This document shows, in pieces, positions 9,849 to 21,011 of a stretch of 64,000 bases of DNA; the first letter of the stretch is position 1, and every line of letters starts with the position of its first letter. The position numbers and the translations under genes are program-made. The notes under the pieces were generated by a model. That model was given only the letters and a program-made list of their open reading frames with translations. It was not told the DNA's origin and did no database searches. This DNA is from an uncultured candidatus Porisulfidus sp. (lineage in GTDB: Bacteria > Pseudomonadota > Gammaproteobacteria > Poriferisulfidales > Poriferisulfidaceae): the NCBI GenBank assembly GCA_965116025.1, contig OZ220480.1:544001-608000 (forward strand), in the 5' to 3' direction.

Positions 9849-10850
9849 ATGTGGTTCCGCCACCTTCTGCACCTGACCGCATGCCTGACGTTCCTCGTGG
9901 TGGTGGTCGGGGCCTTCGTGCGACTCACCGACGCCGGGCTCGGCTGCCCGGACTGGCCAGGATGTTACGGCCACCTCGCGTCGTTGCCGGAAACCGAGCG
10001 AGAGATCGCGGCCGCCCAGGCGCGGGACCCGCGCGGCGAGTATGACGCCGGAAAGGCGGCCCGCGAGATGCTGCACCGATATCTGGCTGGCGCGCTCGGT
10101 CTGCTGATCCTGGCGATGGCCGTCCTGTGCCGCTCCCGGCTCGGCGACGCTCGCCTCGCGCGCGGCGCGACGGCGCTGCTGGCCTTGGTCGTCCTGCAGG
10201 CCCTGCTCGGAATGTGGACCGTCACCCTGCAACTGAAGCCCTTGATCGTGACCCTGCACCTGCTGGGCGGCTTCGCGACCCTGGGTCTGGTCTGGTGGCT
10301 CGTCCTGCGCCATCATGACTGGCCGCGCCCAACCGTCCCGCCCGCGCCACGGGCGTTGCGGTATCTGCACGCCGCCGCGCTGATCGGACTCGTCGCGCAA
10401 ATCGCTCTAGGGGGCTGGACCAGCTCCAACTACGCCGCCCTCGCCTGCCCCGATTTTCCGACCTGCCGGGAACGATGGTGGCCCGACGACATCGACTTTT
10501 CCGAGGCTTTCGTGTTGTGGAGAGGACTCGGCGTCGACTACGAGCACGGGGTTCTGGACGGCCCGGCCCGTACCGCCATCCACGTCGCGCATCGGATCGG
10601 CGCGGTCGTGGCCGGCTCGCTGATCCTGGCCCTCGCGGTCGGGTCCCTCCGTAGCGGCCTCCGCGCTTGGCGCGCCAGCGGCTTGCTCCTCTTGGCGCTG
10701 CTGACCATTCAGATCTCGCTGGGCGTCGGCAACATCGTCCTGCATCTTCCGCTCGCCGTCGCCGTCGCGCACAACGCCTTCGCGGCGATTCTGCTGCTGG
10801 CGCTCCTCGCCCAGGGACGGCTTCAGCTCCGGCGCGGAGCCGGCCCGTGA
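9849..10850 (+). CDS. ctaA: Heme A synthase (COX15/CtaA)
   Basis: GLGCPDWPGC, EMLHR, LACPDFPTC and HVAHR motifs. Confidence 0.94.
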   Translation: MWFRHLLHLTACLTFLVVVVGAFVRLTDAGLGCPDWPGCYGHLASLPETEREIAAAQARDPRGEYDAGKAAREMLHRYLAGALGLLILAMAVLCRSRLGDARLARGATALLALVVLQALLGMWTVTLQLKPLIVTLHLLGGFATLGLVWWLVLRHHDWPRPTVPPAPRALRYLHAAALIGLVAQIALGGWTSSNYAALACPDFPTCRERWWPDDIDFSEAFVLWRGLGVDYEHGVLDGPARTAIHVAHRIGAVVAGSLILALAVGSLRSGLRAWRASGLLLLALLTIQISLGVGNIVLHLPLAVAVAHNAFAAILLLALLAQGRLQLRRGAGP

Positions 10851-11731
10851 TCCGCGCTTCCTCCTGGCGCGACTACTGGGAGATCACGAAACCGCGGGTC
10901 GTCGCGCTGATGACGTTCACCGCGCTGATCGGCATGGTGCTGGCCGACCCCCTGATGCGCGAGCCGCTGAAGATGCTGCACGGCGCGATCGGCATCACCC
11001 TGATGGCGGCCGCGGCCGCGGCGATCAACCAGATCGCCGACCAGCATGTCGACGCCCGTATGGACCGAACGCGATCCCGCCCCCTCCCGAGCGGCTCTCT
11101 GCGCGCGCCCCAAGCGCTTGGGTTCGCGGCCATCCTCGGAACGGGAGGCTTCGCGCTGCTCTTCGCCCAGGTCAACGGCCTGACGGCCTGGCTCACGCTG
11201 GGCTCCTTGATCGGATACGCGCTGATCTACACCCTCTACCTCAAGCGCGCCACGCCGCAGAACATCGTGATCGGGGGAGCCGCCGGAGCCACGCCCCCCC
11301 TGCTCGGCTGGGCCGCGGTCACCGGCGGTGTCGAGGCTGGCGCGCTGGCCCTGTTCCTGATCATTTTCGTGTGGACGCCGCCGCACTTCTGGGCTCTCGC
11401 CCTGCACCGCAAGGAAGATTACTCGAACGCCGATATCCCGATGCTTCCGGTCACGCACGGAGACCACCACACCCGGTTGCAGATCACGTTCTACACGCTG
11501 TTGCTGACCGCGACCAGCATGTTACCGTTCGTTATCCAACTGTCCGGCCGGGTGTATCTGGCCGGCGCGCTCGCGCTGAACGGCATCTTCCTGGCCTACG
11601 CGATCCGGATGCAGAAAGAGAGCAGCAACCGGCTCGCCATGCCAACCTTCACGTACTCGATCATCTACCTGATGGGGCTGTTCAGCCTGTTGCTCCTGGA
11701 CCGATATCTCGGCCTTTTCGGGATATCCTGA
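10847..11731 (+). CDS. ctaB: Protoheme IX farnesyltransferase (heme O synthase)
   Basis: TKPRVV, DARMDRTRSRPLP, LKRATPQNIVIGG and WTPPHFWAL motifs; GTGA overlap with ctaA. Confidence 0.96.
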   Translation: MIRASSWRDYWEITKPRVVALMTFTALIGMVLADPLMREPLKMLHGAIGITLMAAAAAAINQIADQHVDARMDRTRSRPLPSGSLRAPQALGFAAILGTGGFALLFAQVNGLTAWLTLGSLIGYALIYTLYLKRATPQNIVIGGAAGATPPLLGWAAVTGGVEAGALALFLIIFVWTPPHFWALALHRKEDYSNADIPMLPVTHGDHHTRLQITFYTLLLTATSMLPFVIQLSGRVYLAGALALNGIFLAYAIRMQKESSNRLAMPTFTYSIIYLMGLFSLLLLDRYLGLFGIS

Positions 11732-12037
11732 TCCCGAGGTCGCGCGGTGGCTCAGGATATCCTCGATCCTCCGGAATTCCCGTCCAGCTCCAAGACCCGA
11801 AAGGAAGATCGCCCGCGAGCCGATATCCCGACGCTTCCGGATCGCGCGCGGAAAACCGTCATGCCCGACGCTCCGTCACGCCGGGAATTCAGCGGAATCT
11901 ATGCGAGAATGCGGGAGTGGCGATAGGCGGGATCGTCGCGCTTGAAAATGGAATCACGTGATGATGGGAATGGGCGGCAAGAGGCGGGAACGCCTTGGAC
12001 TCATCGTTGAGAATAGCGATTCATCCGCGGGGGAGCC

Positions 12038-12937
12038 ATGAATCTGGAAATCCACCTTGGCGACTGCCTGGAAATCACGCCGAATTTCGAGTCCGGCTCT
12101 TTCGACCTGATCTACATCGATCCACCATTCAACACCGGGAAGACCCAATCCCGAAAACGTCTGAAGACGGTACGGGACAAGAATGGAGACCGCGCCGGAT
12201 TCCAGGGAAAGCGATATAAAACTCAAGTCGTGGGAGAGTCGTCTTTCGACGACGACTTCCATGACTTCGCGAAATTCCTTGAGCCGCGACTTAAGGAAGC
12301 GCGTCGACTCCTCTCGCCGCGGGGGTCGTTCTTTTTCCATATCGACTACCGCGAATCTCATTACTGCAAGGTGATGCTGGACAGAATTTTTGGCCGCGAG
12401 TCGTTCAAGAACGAGATCGTTTGGGCATACGATTACGGCGCGCGATCAAAAACGCGTTGGCCCTCCAAGCACGACAACATATTCTGGTACGCCAAGGATC
12501 CGGGCGGCTATACCTATCGCTACGACGACATTGACCGAATTCCCTACATGGCGCCCGGACTCGTGGGGCCGGAGAAGGCGGCGAAGGGAAAGACGCCGAC
12601 CGACGTATGGTGGCAGACGATCGTGAGTCCGAACGGAAAGGAAAAGACGGGATACCCCACGCAGAAGCCTATCGCTATTTTGAACCGTATAGTCCGCGTT
12701 CATTCGAACCCGGGCGACAGGATACTAGATTTTTTCGCCGGGAGCGGGACGACTGGCGAGGCGGCCATTCGGTCTGGACGGGCCGCCGTGCTGGTGGACA
12801 GCAATCCCGAAGCCATGCGAGTCATGAAGCATCGACTCGCGTTCGCTTCCCCGATCATCCACGGAGAAAAGCATGCCGTCGATCCAAGGCCCCGAGGTGG
12901 AGACGCTAGCGACCCGCTCGCGGACCCCGCGATCTGA
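12038..12937 (+). CDS. Orphan N6A/N4C DNA methyltransferase (beta-class motif order)
   Basis: YIDPPFN (motif IV) precedes YPTQKP and LDFFAGSGTT (motif I); no adjacent endonuclease. Confidence 0.92.
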   Translation: MNLEIHLGDCLEITPNFESGSFDLIYIDPPFNTGKTQSRKRLKTVRDKNGDRAGFQGKRYKTQVVGESSFDDDFHDFAKFLEPRLKEARRLLSPRGSFFFHIDYRESHYCKVMLDRIFGRESFKNEIVWAYDYGARSKTRWPSKHDNIFWYAKDPGGYTYRYDDIDRIPYMAPGLVGPEKAAKGKTPTDVWWQTIVSPNGKEKTGYPTQKPIAILNRIVRVHSNPGDRILDFFAGSGTTGEAAIRSGRAAVLVDSNPEAMRVMKHRLAFASPIIHGEKHAVDPRPRGGDASDPLADPAI

Positions 12938-13040
12938 TTATCCAAGTGAAGCGTGAAAGCGATCACCCCGTCTGACCTCGCCGCCGAGCGCGGCTAGCCA
13001 AGCCCTGGGCGGGGGTGAGTTTTTCGTCAAAAAACGCCCC

Positions 13041-13152
13041 GAAAGCGCTCGCGTCCGACCCGAAACCGGGCCGAATCCTCGCCGCCGAGCGCCCGCGAAA
13101 TCTCGGACCGGCCAAAATCTTCAGAATCGATTAGCTCGGAGACCGAGGTGGA
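13041..13152 (+). repeat. About 115-bp degenerate direct repeat, copy 1
   Basis: Shares exact cores cgaatcctcgccgccgagc (13072-13090) and tcagaatcgattagctcggaga (13121-13142) with 17019-17135. Confidence 0.85.
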
Positions 13153-13512
13153 ACCCAGATTTTGGGGAAATTTCTGAATGGTTTTACGCTTTCGCGGACG
13201 CGCCAATCGGATTTGAGGCGATGCCAAGGCCGGGTTCGGGTGAATTTTCGCGGTCAAAACTCGGATTCCGCCCGATTCTCGAGAGCGCGGGTTGGCTAGG
13301 CGCGAGGCTATACGGGCCACCGTCTTCCGAACGGCTTGTCTCTTTCCTGAAAGCACCAGCTTCGGACGTGAGAACGTGTTGTCCTAGGCCGAAAGGCCAG
13401 ACATTCGGCACGACGCGCTCCTGACATCCAGCGCGTGATCCGTCCAGAAGTCCACCTGCAACCTCCGGGCGCGCCGGATCAGTTTCGCGCTGAGGCCGTG
13501 ATCAGAAGCCGC

Positions 13513-16500
13513 TCAGAAGCGAACCCTCAGCAGGACGCTCGCGCCGTAATCATAATTGTCGCCATCCGACGCCGCGTAGTGAGCGTCCGCCGATAGCGTC
13601 GACTCCCCGCGCGCGTCCAGCGTCATCACGCCCCCGACGCCCAAACGCGCCCACGTGGACTCCGCCTCCGAGCGCAGGCGCGACCCCGACGCCATGACAT
13701 CCCGGCTCTCCGACAGCTCGCGCTCCATGTCCAAAGAGGCGTACGTCTGGCCGTTCTCCAGCAACATTCCGATCCGCGCTCTCACGCTGTCCTCCGAGCG
13801 AAACGACACCCGACCGCTTCCTGTAACGCCCGACACGTCGTCAAAGCCGTCGACGTCCACCCAAGTCCACGTCAATCCCCCGCGCGGAACCAGCGCGAAG
13901 CCATCCATCTCCATCCGCCTGCCGACCTCCACGCCGATCGCGTGACCCTCTCCGTCCAGACCGGACGCCACCATCCCCCGAGTCTCCGAGCTCAGGTCGA
14001 TGTCCTCGAAACGCGTGTACGAGAGCTCCCCATCCGCGTACCAGCCGTCCTCCCCCCGCCAGGTCGCCGAGGCCCCGACGCCCACGCCCGAGACCTTGAT
14101 CTTCCCGCCACGCGCGACGTCCGCCTCGCCGTCCCGGTAGCGCGCGCTCGCGCCCAGCGTCAACCCCGGCGTGTCCGTGGGAACGACGATGCCGGTCTCC
14201 ACGCCCCAGCGCTCGAAGTCCCAAGACAAATCATGCCCGGCCGTGTCCATCGCGGTCGTGGACATATCCGCCTCGCGCTCGCCGTCGCTCGCCATGACCC
14301 GCGCCCAAACGCCCCCGCCGTCCCGCGTCGCCGACAACCGCGCCTGACGACCGCCCGGCGCGCTCATCTCCAGCAGCACCGACGGCAGCGCCTCGTACAC
14401 TCGAGCCCGGGCGTGATACGCCCGGCCCGACTCCTCGAACTGGTGCCCGCCCTCGATCGTCTTCAGGGTGACCCTGGAGACGTCGTACACGCCGCGCGTC
14501 TCGAGGCCCGGGCTGAGCGCGTACTCCCCGTCCACCTTCACCCCGTCGAAGGTCGTCGTTCCACTGTTGAGCATCTTCCCCTTGACGTAGCCAATGCGTC
14601 CGACCGCGTCCTTCTTCATGGTGATGGTCAGCCCCCCGTCCGACTTCACCGCGGTTCCGGACGCCGCCTCGACCTTCGCCTTCGGCCCAACCACCAGCGT
14701 CCCGCCGTTCACCATCCGAACGCCAGCGTGGTCTCCATCGCCGCCCATTACCTTGCCGTTGATCGTGACCGTCTGGTCATATTGTCCCGCCCGGGCGTGG
14801 CTGGCGGCGAACGTCCGCTTGCCCTTGACATGCACCCCGTCCTTCTTGGCCTTCACCGTCGCCATCTCCCCCACCGTGACCTCGATCTTCCCGGCTTTCG
14901 TGGGATCGTCGTAAACGGTGGCGGTCTCCGCGTAGATCCCATACCCGTCGGCCATGATCGTTCCGCCCGACACGTCGACCGTGATCGGGATGATCATGAT
15001 GCCATCTCTCGAATTGTCCATATCTTTCACGTAGGCGAGAATGCCGTCGCCCTTCGACGTGATGGCCGCCTTTGACGTGATCTCGATCTCTCCGATCTCG
15101 GCGGTGTGCGTGGAAGGGTCGTTTCCGTCGAACGTCTTACCTTCAAGCGTCTGGAACTGCGAGCCTCCGTGGAAAGCGAAGACGCCGGCGGTCCGCGGCT
15201 TCAGGTCCGCCAGCTCCGTCTCGTGATCATCCGACAGATCGTCGAACGGGTTGGGCGCGTCGCCCGCGACGATCTCCCCCGCTAGGTGCTTCACCACCGC
15301 GTTTCCCCAGCCATAGTTCCAAGCGATCAGTCCGGAGCCGCTCGCGTGAACGAAGCCCTCGTTGGTGATCGTCATGTCGTTTCCGTCATCATCGTTGAGG
15401 GTCTGAGTGAATATGCCGTATCCGCCGACCGGAGTCTCCGCGGTACCGATCCGCGCCCCCGCGGAGATGTCTACCTTTATCGTCCCCCCGCTGGTGACCT
15501 GCTTAATCTCAACGCCGTGCCTGCCTATGGTCGGCTCATCCCCGTCCACGCCAATCCGCGCGCCGGGTTTCAGCGTCACCTCGACATCCCGATTGACCGG
15601 GTCATCGGGATCGACCGAATTGTACCGGTAGACGTAGATTCCCCTCCCGCCTCTGATCCCCCTCCCGCCGCTCCCCGTCCAGGCGATCTCGCCCGCGAGA
15701 TCCACCTTGATGAGTCCGCCTTTGTGGTAGGCGGAATAAACGTAAATTCCATCTCCCCCAAAATCAGTCTCCGTGTCACTCAGCCTGCCCGCCGTGATAA
15801 CGCCCCCCGTCACGTCGATCATCATCGGAACGATCGAATCTTCTTCGGAATTCTTGTCTCCTTCCGTCTCGACATGGATACCATGCGCGCGGGCCCAAAT
15901 ATCTCCGCTTGAGGTGATCGCGATCACGCTGCTGGAATCCTCGCCGGATGCCGGCGCGGTCGTGTCCACTTGTTTGACGTTTATGCCGTCGCGGCTGATT
16001 GTCGTATCATCCAGTGTAGCCACTCCGCCCGTGAGCGTTTCCGCGTAGAGGGGTCGTTGCCTCTTGCTTACGAGCGTTCCGTGGTTCGTGACCGTGACAT
16101 CGCCTCCCTTGAGGAGAGTGACATGAATTCCCTTACTGGTCACGCTGCCCTTCGCCGTCTCGACGGCGACATCTCCAGACCCCGCGTGGTACACCTGAAT
16201 TCCTCGGTAATACCCATAGATCTGGCCCCGGCTCATGATAGAGACGTCACCTTGGGCGGAAGAATTGCTGTAATACGCCAGAACGCCTTGACGCCCCACC
16301 GGAATCTCATCAGTTCCGATTCGCGCCTCGGTCCCGACCACAATCTCGATCTTGTCCGCTCTGCTAGGGTCGCCAGCTTTGTCGTTCTCGACGTGAATTC
16401 CGTGATTCCTTTGGCCCCGCAGATACTGGGGCTCGATGAAGGTCGCGCTGTACTGTTGACCGTTGAAAGTGTACGTGGCCGGGGTCGTCGTCCACCCCGC

Positions 16501-16936
16501 CTCGTTCACGACGCTCACTTTGCCTTCCAGCTTGACCGTCAGGGCGCTATCGCCGATCACGGTCACCCCGGAGCGCCGACTTCTGGTGTTAGGAGGAAGG
16601 AACGACCTGATGGTCGTCATCTCCCCGGAAGGCTTCACGGTCAGCGTCAGACCGCCCGTCTGACCCGTGTACTCGATGGGATTGGCATCGGCGTTATTAG
16701 TCCCGCCGTAGGTCGCGGCGGCGCAGGTGACCGTTTTGGCGGCGCTGACGGTGCCGCACTCGTCCGCCTCGGCGGAATGCGGAATCAGCGGAATGGAGAG
16801 AACGGCCGTCAATCCGGCCAGAACAGTCAGGAAACGAGGGCTATGCCCCCCCCCCCCCCCCCCCCCCTATGCGGGAAGACGACGAGGCGACGCGAAGCGC
16901 GGCGCGAATCTCGAAAACGGAAAGGTTCTTGGTCAT
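13513..16936 (-). CDS. Autotransporter (type Va), copy B, out of frame at a poly-G tract in the signal-peptide region
   Basis: ATG 16936 with SD-like gaagaggga (MTKNLSVFEIRAALRVASSSSRI), G22, then immediate GCA TAG. The downstream frame HSPRFLTVLAGLTAVLSIPLIPHSAEA continues 1099 aa with a Gly-rich beta-helix-like passenger, linker ARARVYEALPSVLL and a beta-barrel GGVWARV...GASVLLRVRF ending in Phe. Confidence 0.9.
16846..16867 (-). repeat. G22 homopolymer (C22 on + strand), putative phase-variation tract
   Basis: 22 consecutive C counted directly, in the same leader context as 1783-1805. Confidence 0.9.
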
Positions 16937-17018
16937 TATTCGTCCCTCTTCAAGGATCAGTCTCGCATGGCCGCGCATTATACGATGCCCCGGCACTAGC
17001 GCGCCTCCCTACTTGGTC

Positions 17019-17135
17019 GAAACCGCTCGCTTCCAAACCAAAAATCGGGTCGAATCCTCGCCGCCGAGCATGTGCGCGAAATTCTTTGACAGACGAGAAC
17101 CGTCAGAATCGATTAGCTCGGAGATCAAGGGTGGA
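17019..17135 (+). repeat. About 115-bp degenerate direct repeat, copy 2
   Basis: Exact cores at 17051-17069 and 17103-17124 match copy 1. Confidence 0.85.
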
Positions 17136-17253
17136 AAAAAACTCTTATTCGACCCAATGGACACGTGCTATAGTTGTAATGATTCACCCTCTGACGAGGC
17201 TTGATGGCTCGATCCTTGAGTGAATCACCAGTTCTATTTGCGAGGTTACTGAT

Positions 17254-17781
17254 ATGAAACGCGACTTGATCCTGCCAGCCGCCATAGGCGCGCTTGGAAT
17301 CGTTTTCGCTCCCTTGACCATGAACCAGGTCTCTTTTCCGGGAGCGACCCTGTCCACCGCTATCGCCAGCGGTCACGCGCATGTGGACCACCCGGACGCG
17401 GCGCGCGCCCAAGCGATGGTGAACCAAGCCCTGAAACATCTGGACGAGCGTGGGGCTTCTTCCCTGATCGAGAAAGTTAACGCGGCCGGTCCCGAGTTTC
17501 ACCAAGGCGAGATCTACGTGTTCGTCCTGAGCCGCGACGGAACCATCGTCGCGCACCCGATCGATCCGAGTCTGGTAGGAAAGGGTCCCCAAGAGCACAC
17601 CGATTCGGCCGGCAACGCGTTCCTTGTGGAAATGGCCGCGACGGCCGCCAGCCACCCGGACGGCACCTGGGTCGACTACCGATGGTGGAACCCGGTCACG
17701 GAGAAAGAGGAGCCCAAATCCAGTTGGGTCATGATGCGCGACGGCCATATCGTCGGCGCCGGCGTCTACCGAAAAGACTAA
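17254..17781 (+). CDS. Secreted stand-alone single Cache-domain protein
   Basis: Signal-like N-terminus; YVFVLSRDGTIVAHP, D..GNAF, GTWVDYRWWNP, EPKSSWV and VGAGVY pattern typical of single Cache domains. Confidence 0.85.
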   Translation: MKRDLILPAAIGALGIVFAPLTMNQVSFPGATLSTAIASGHAHVDHPDAARAQAMVNQALKHLDERGASSLIEKVNAAGPEFHQGEIYVFVLSRDGTIVAHPIDPSLVGKGPQEHTDSAGNAFLVEMAATAASHPDGTWVDYRWWNPVTEKEEPKSSWVMMRDGHIVGAGVYRKD

Positions 17782-17808
17782 TCGCGCGAGCGCCCGCGCG
17801 GGAGGCAC

Positions 17809-18870
17809 TCAGCCTTCCGCGGTTTGGCCTGAACCGGTTCGGAACCGATGCACCTCGTCGATCAGGCAGGCGAGGCGCTCGGGGTCGATATCTGGCGTGA
17901 TGCCGTGTCCAAGATTGAACACGTGCCCCGGATGAGGGCCGTAATCCTCTAGCAGGGCGCGCGCGGCGGCGCGCAGGTCTTTCTCGTCCGCGCGCAACAT
18001 GGCGGGATCCAGGTTGCCCTGCAGGGCGCAAGAATGTCCGACCTCCTCGCGCGCGGCGCGCAAGTCGACGGTCTCGTCCAAACCGATCGCCTCGCAACCG
18101 GTCGCGCTGACCTCGCTCAGTCTTCCTCCCCCGCCGCGCGCGAACACGACGCGTGGAACGGCCGACCCCAGCTTCTCCAGAACGCGTCCGACCGGGCGGA
18201 GCGAGAAGCGGACGTAATCCTCGCCCTCCAGAATGCCTCCCCAACTATCGAAAATCATCACCACGTCGGCGCCCGCCTCAACCTGCGCCTCCAGATACAG
18301 CGCCACGGAATCCGTCAGAATCGAAAGCAACCGGTCCAGCTGATCCGGCTCGGACTTCCGAAATTCGGTCACGCGCGCGAAGCCGTTGCGCCCTCTTCCC
18401 TCAATCATGTAGGTCGCCAGCGTCCAAGGACTGCCGGCGAAGCCGATCACCGGAATTCGCTCCCCAATCTCGCGGGAGAGCAAAGACACCGCGTCGCTGA
18501 CGTAGCGGAGCTCCTGACGCGGATCTGGAACCCCGAGCGCCCGGATATCGGCCGGGCCGCGGATCGGGCGCTCAAAATACGGCCCGGAACCGTCCGCGAA
18601 GCCGAGTCCTAGGCCCATCGCGTCCGGTATGGTCAGAATGTCGGAAAACACGATCGCCGCGTCCAGCGGATAGCGTCGCATCGGCTGCAGGGCCGCCTCG
18701 CAAGCGTATTCCGGCGTGCGGCACAAATTAAGGAAACTCCCAGCGCGCGCGCGCAACTCCCGATACTCCGGGAGATAGCGCCCGGCCTGGCGCATGATCC
18801 ATACGGGCGCGCGGTCGGTCGGCCGCCGTCGCAAAGCGCGAAGGAATCGGTCGTTCTCCGGGGTCGGCAT
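17809..18870 (-). CDS. hemE: Uroporphyrinogen decarboxylase
   Basis: PVWIMRQAGRYLPEY, DAAIVFSDIL, LQGNLDP and FNLGHGI motifs. Confidence 0.97.
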   Translation of the reverse strand: MPTPENDRFLRALRRRPTDRAPVWIMRQAGRYLPEYRELRARAGSFLNLCRTPEYACEAALQPMRRYPLDAAIVFSDILTIPDAMGLGLGFADGSGPYFERPIRGPADIRALGVPDPRQELRYVSDAVSLLSREIGERIPVIGFAGSPWTLATYMIEGRGRNGFARVTEFRKSEPDQLDRLLSILTDSVALYLEAQVEAGADVVMIFDSWGGILEGEDYVRFSLRPVGRVLEKLGSAVPRVVFARGGGGRLSEVSATGCEAIGLDETVDLRAAREEVGHSCALQGNLDPAMLRADEKDLRAAARALLEDYGPHPGHVFNLGHGITPDIDPERLACLIDEVHRFRTGSGQTAEG

Positions 18871-18878
18871 CGCGGAGG

Positions 18879-20339
<1,461 letters not shown>

Positions 20340-20549
20340 TCAGCGGTAGCGCGGTCGAAACTGTTTGGACAACCGCTTGGCGTTGCGCTTGACCGCGGCC
20401 GCGGCCTTGCGCTTGCGCACCTCGGTCGGTTTCTCGTAGCACTCGCGACGACGGGCTTCCGAAAGCACTCCCGATCGCTCGCAGGCGCGACGAAATCGAC
20501 GAATCGCAATGTCGAAAGGCTCGTCTTCCTTGACCCGAATTCCAGGCAT
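20340..20549 (-). CDS. rpsU: 30S ribosomal protein S21
   Basis: [21 protein letters not shown]...[11 protein letters not shown]. Confidence 0.96.
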   Translation of the reverse strand: MPGIRVKEDEPFDIAIRRFRRACERSGVLSEARRRECYEKPTEVRKRKAAAAVKRNAKRLSKQFRPRYR

Positions 20550-20736
20550 GTAACTCTGTGACAGAAAAATGGAACGCGTATTGTACATGGTCAGCGCGTC
20601 AGACTCCGAACGTTCCAGAAACGCGATAATTACGTCGGCACCACATTCCTTCCAGATCGCGCCGCCTTGATCCAGGTGCCGACTAGCAACATTTCAACTG
20701 ACGTCCGATAGGATTTCGGACGCGCGCGCCTTGGAT

Positions 20737-20765
20737 TTCCAAGTTTTCGATTTTTGTGGTATAGT
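20737..20765 (+). promoter_or_regulatory. Putative sigma70 promoter for the hairpin RNA/NYN locus
   Basis: TTCCAA-17 bp-TATAGT with an extended -10 TG. Confidence 0.55.
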
Positions 20766-20781
20766 GCTTATCAATACCCCC

Positions 20782-20836
20782 CCTGTGGCATTAGACTGCA
20801 GGTCGCGAGGCCCCTTCGGGGGCCTCTGCTTTTTCT
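20782..20836 (+). ncRNA. Candidate structured RNA, copy 1 (two hairpins plus U-tract) upstream of NYN gene
   Basis: cctgtgg/ctgcagg stem, then gaggcccc-TTCG-ggggcctc (20807-20826), then tgctttttct. Confidence 0.5.
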
Positions 20837-20943
20837 CTTGGGCGCGCTCAAGTGCTTAATGTGTCGGCATTGTTGCCCTCAATCCCTATCGCATATCTCT
20901 AGCGAAGCAGCTAGAAACCATTTTCATGGTAGGGTAGATTTTC

Positions 20944-20997
20944 CTTGTGGCTTGGGTCACGGGTCTCGGGGCCTCTTCGGATGTCCTCTCTTTTCTT
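20944..20997 (+). ncRNA. Candidate structured RNA, copy 2 upstream of NYN gene
   Basis: cttgtggc/gtcacggg stem, then ggggcctc-TTCG-gatgtcct (20968-20987), then ctcttttctt; diverged paralog of copy 1. Confidence 0.45.
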
Positions 20998-21011
20998 GGG
21001 GGCATGGAACG

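Noticed and set aside
1-16936. Diversity-generating retroelement or invertase-driven variation of the autotransporters
   Set aside because: No reverse transcriptase or recombinase in the window; paralog differences are not adenine-specific and the flanking repeats are direct, not inverted.
17187-17215. CTGACGA resembling a hammerhead ribozyme core, and TTGAT resembling an FNR half-site
   Set aside because: No GAAA after a stem II, and no ATCAA half-site at the right spacing.
20754-21011. 86-aa N-terminal extension of the NYN ORF in the ORF track
   Set aside because: The NYN domain begins at MRTFVYIDG (21012); the extension is Cys/Gly-rich, runs through the promoter and hairpins, and is better explained as non-coding.
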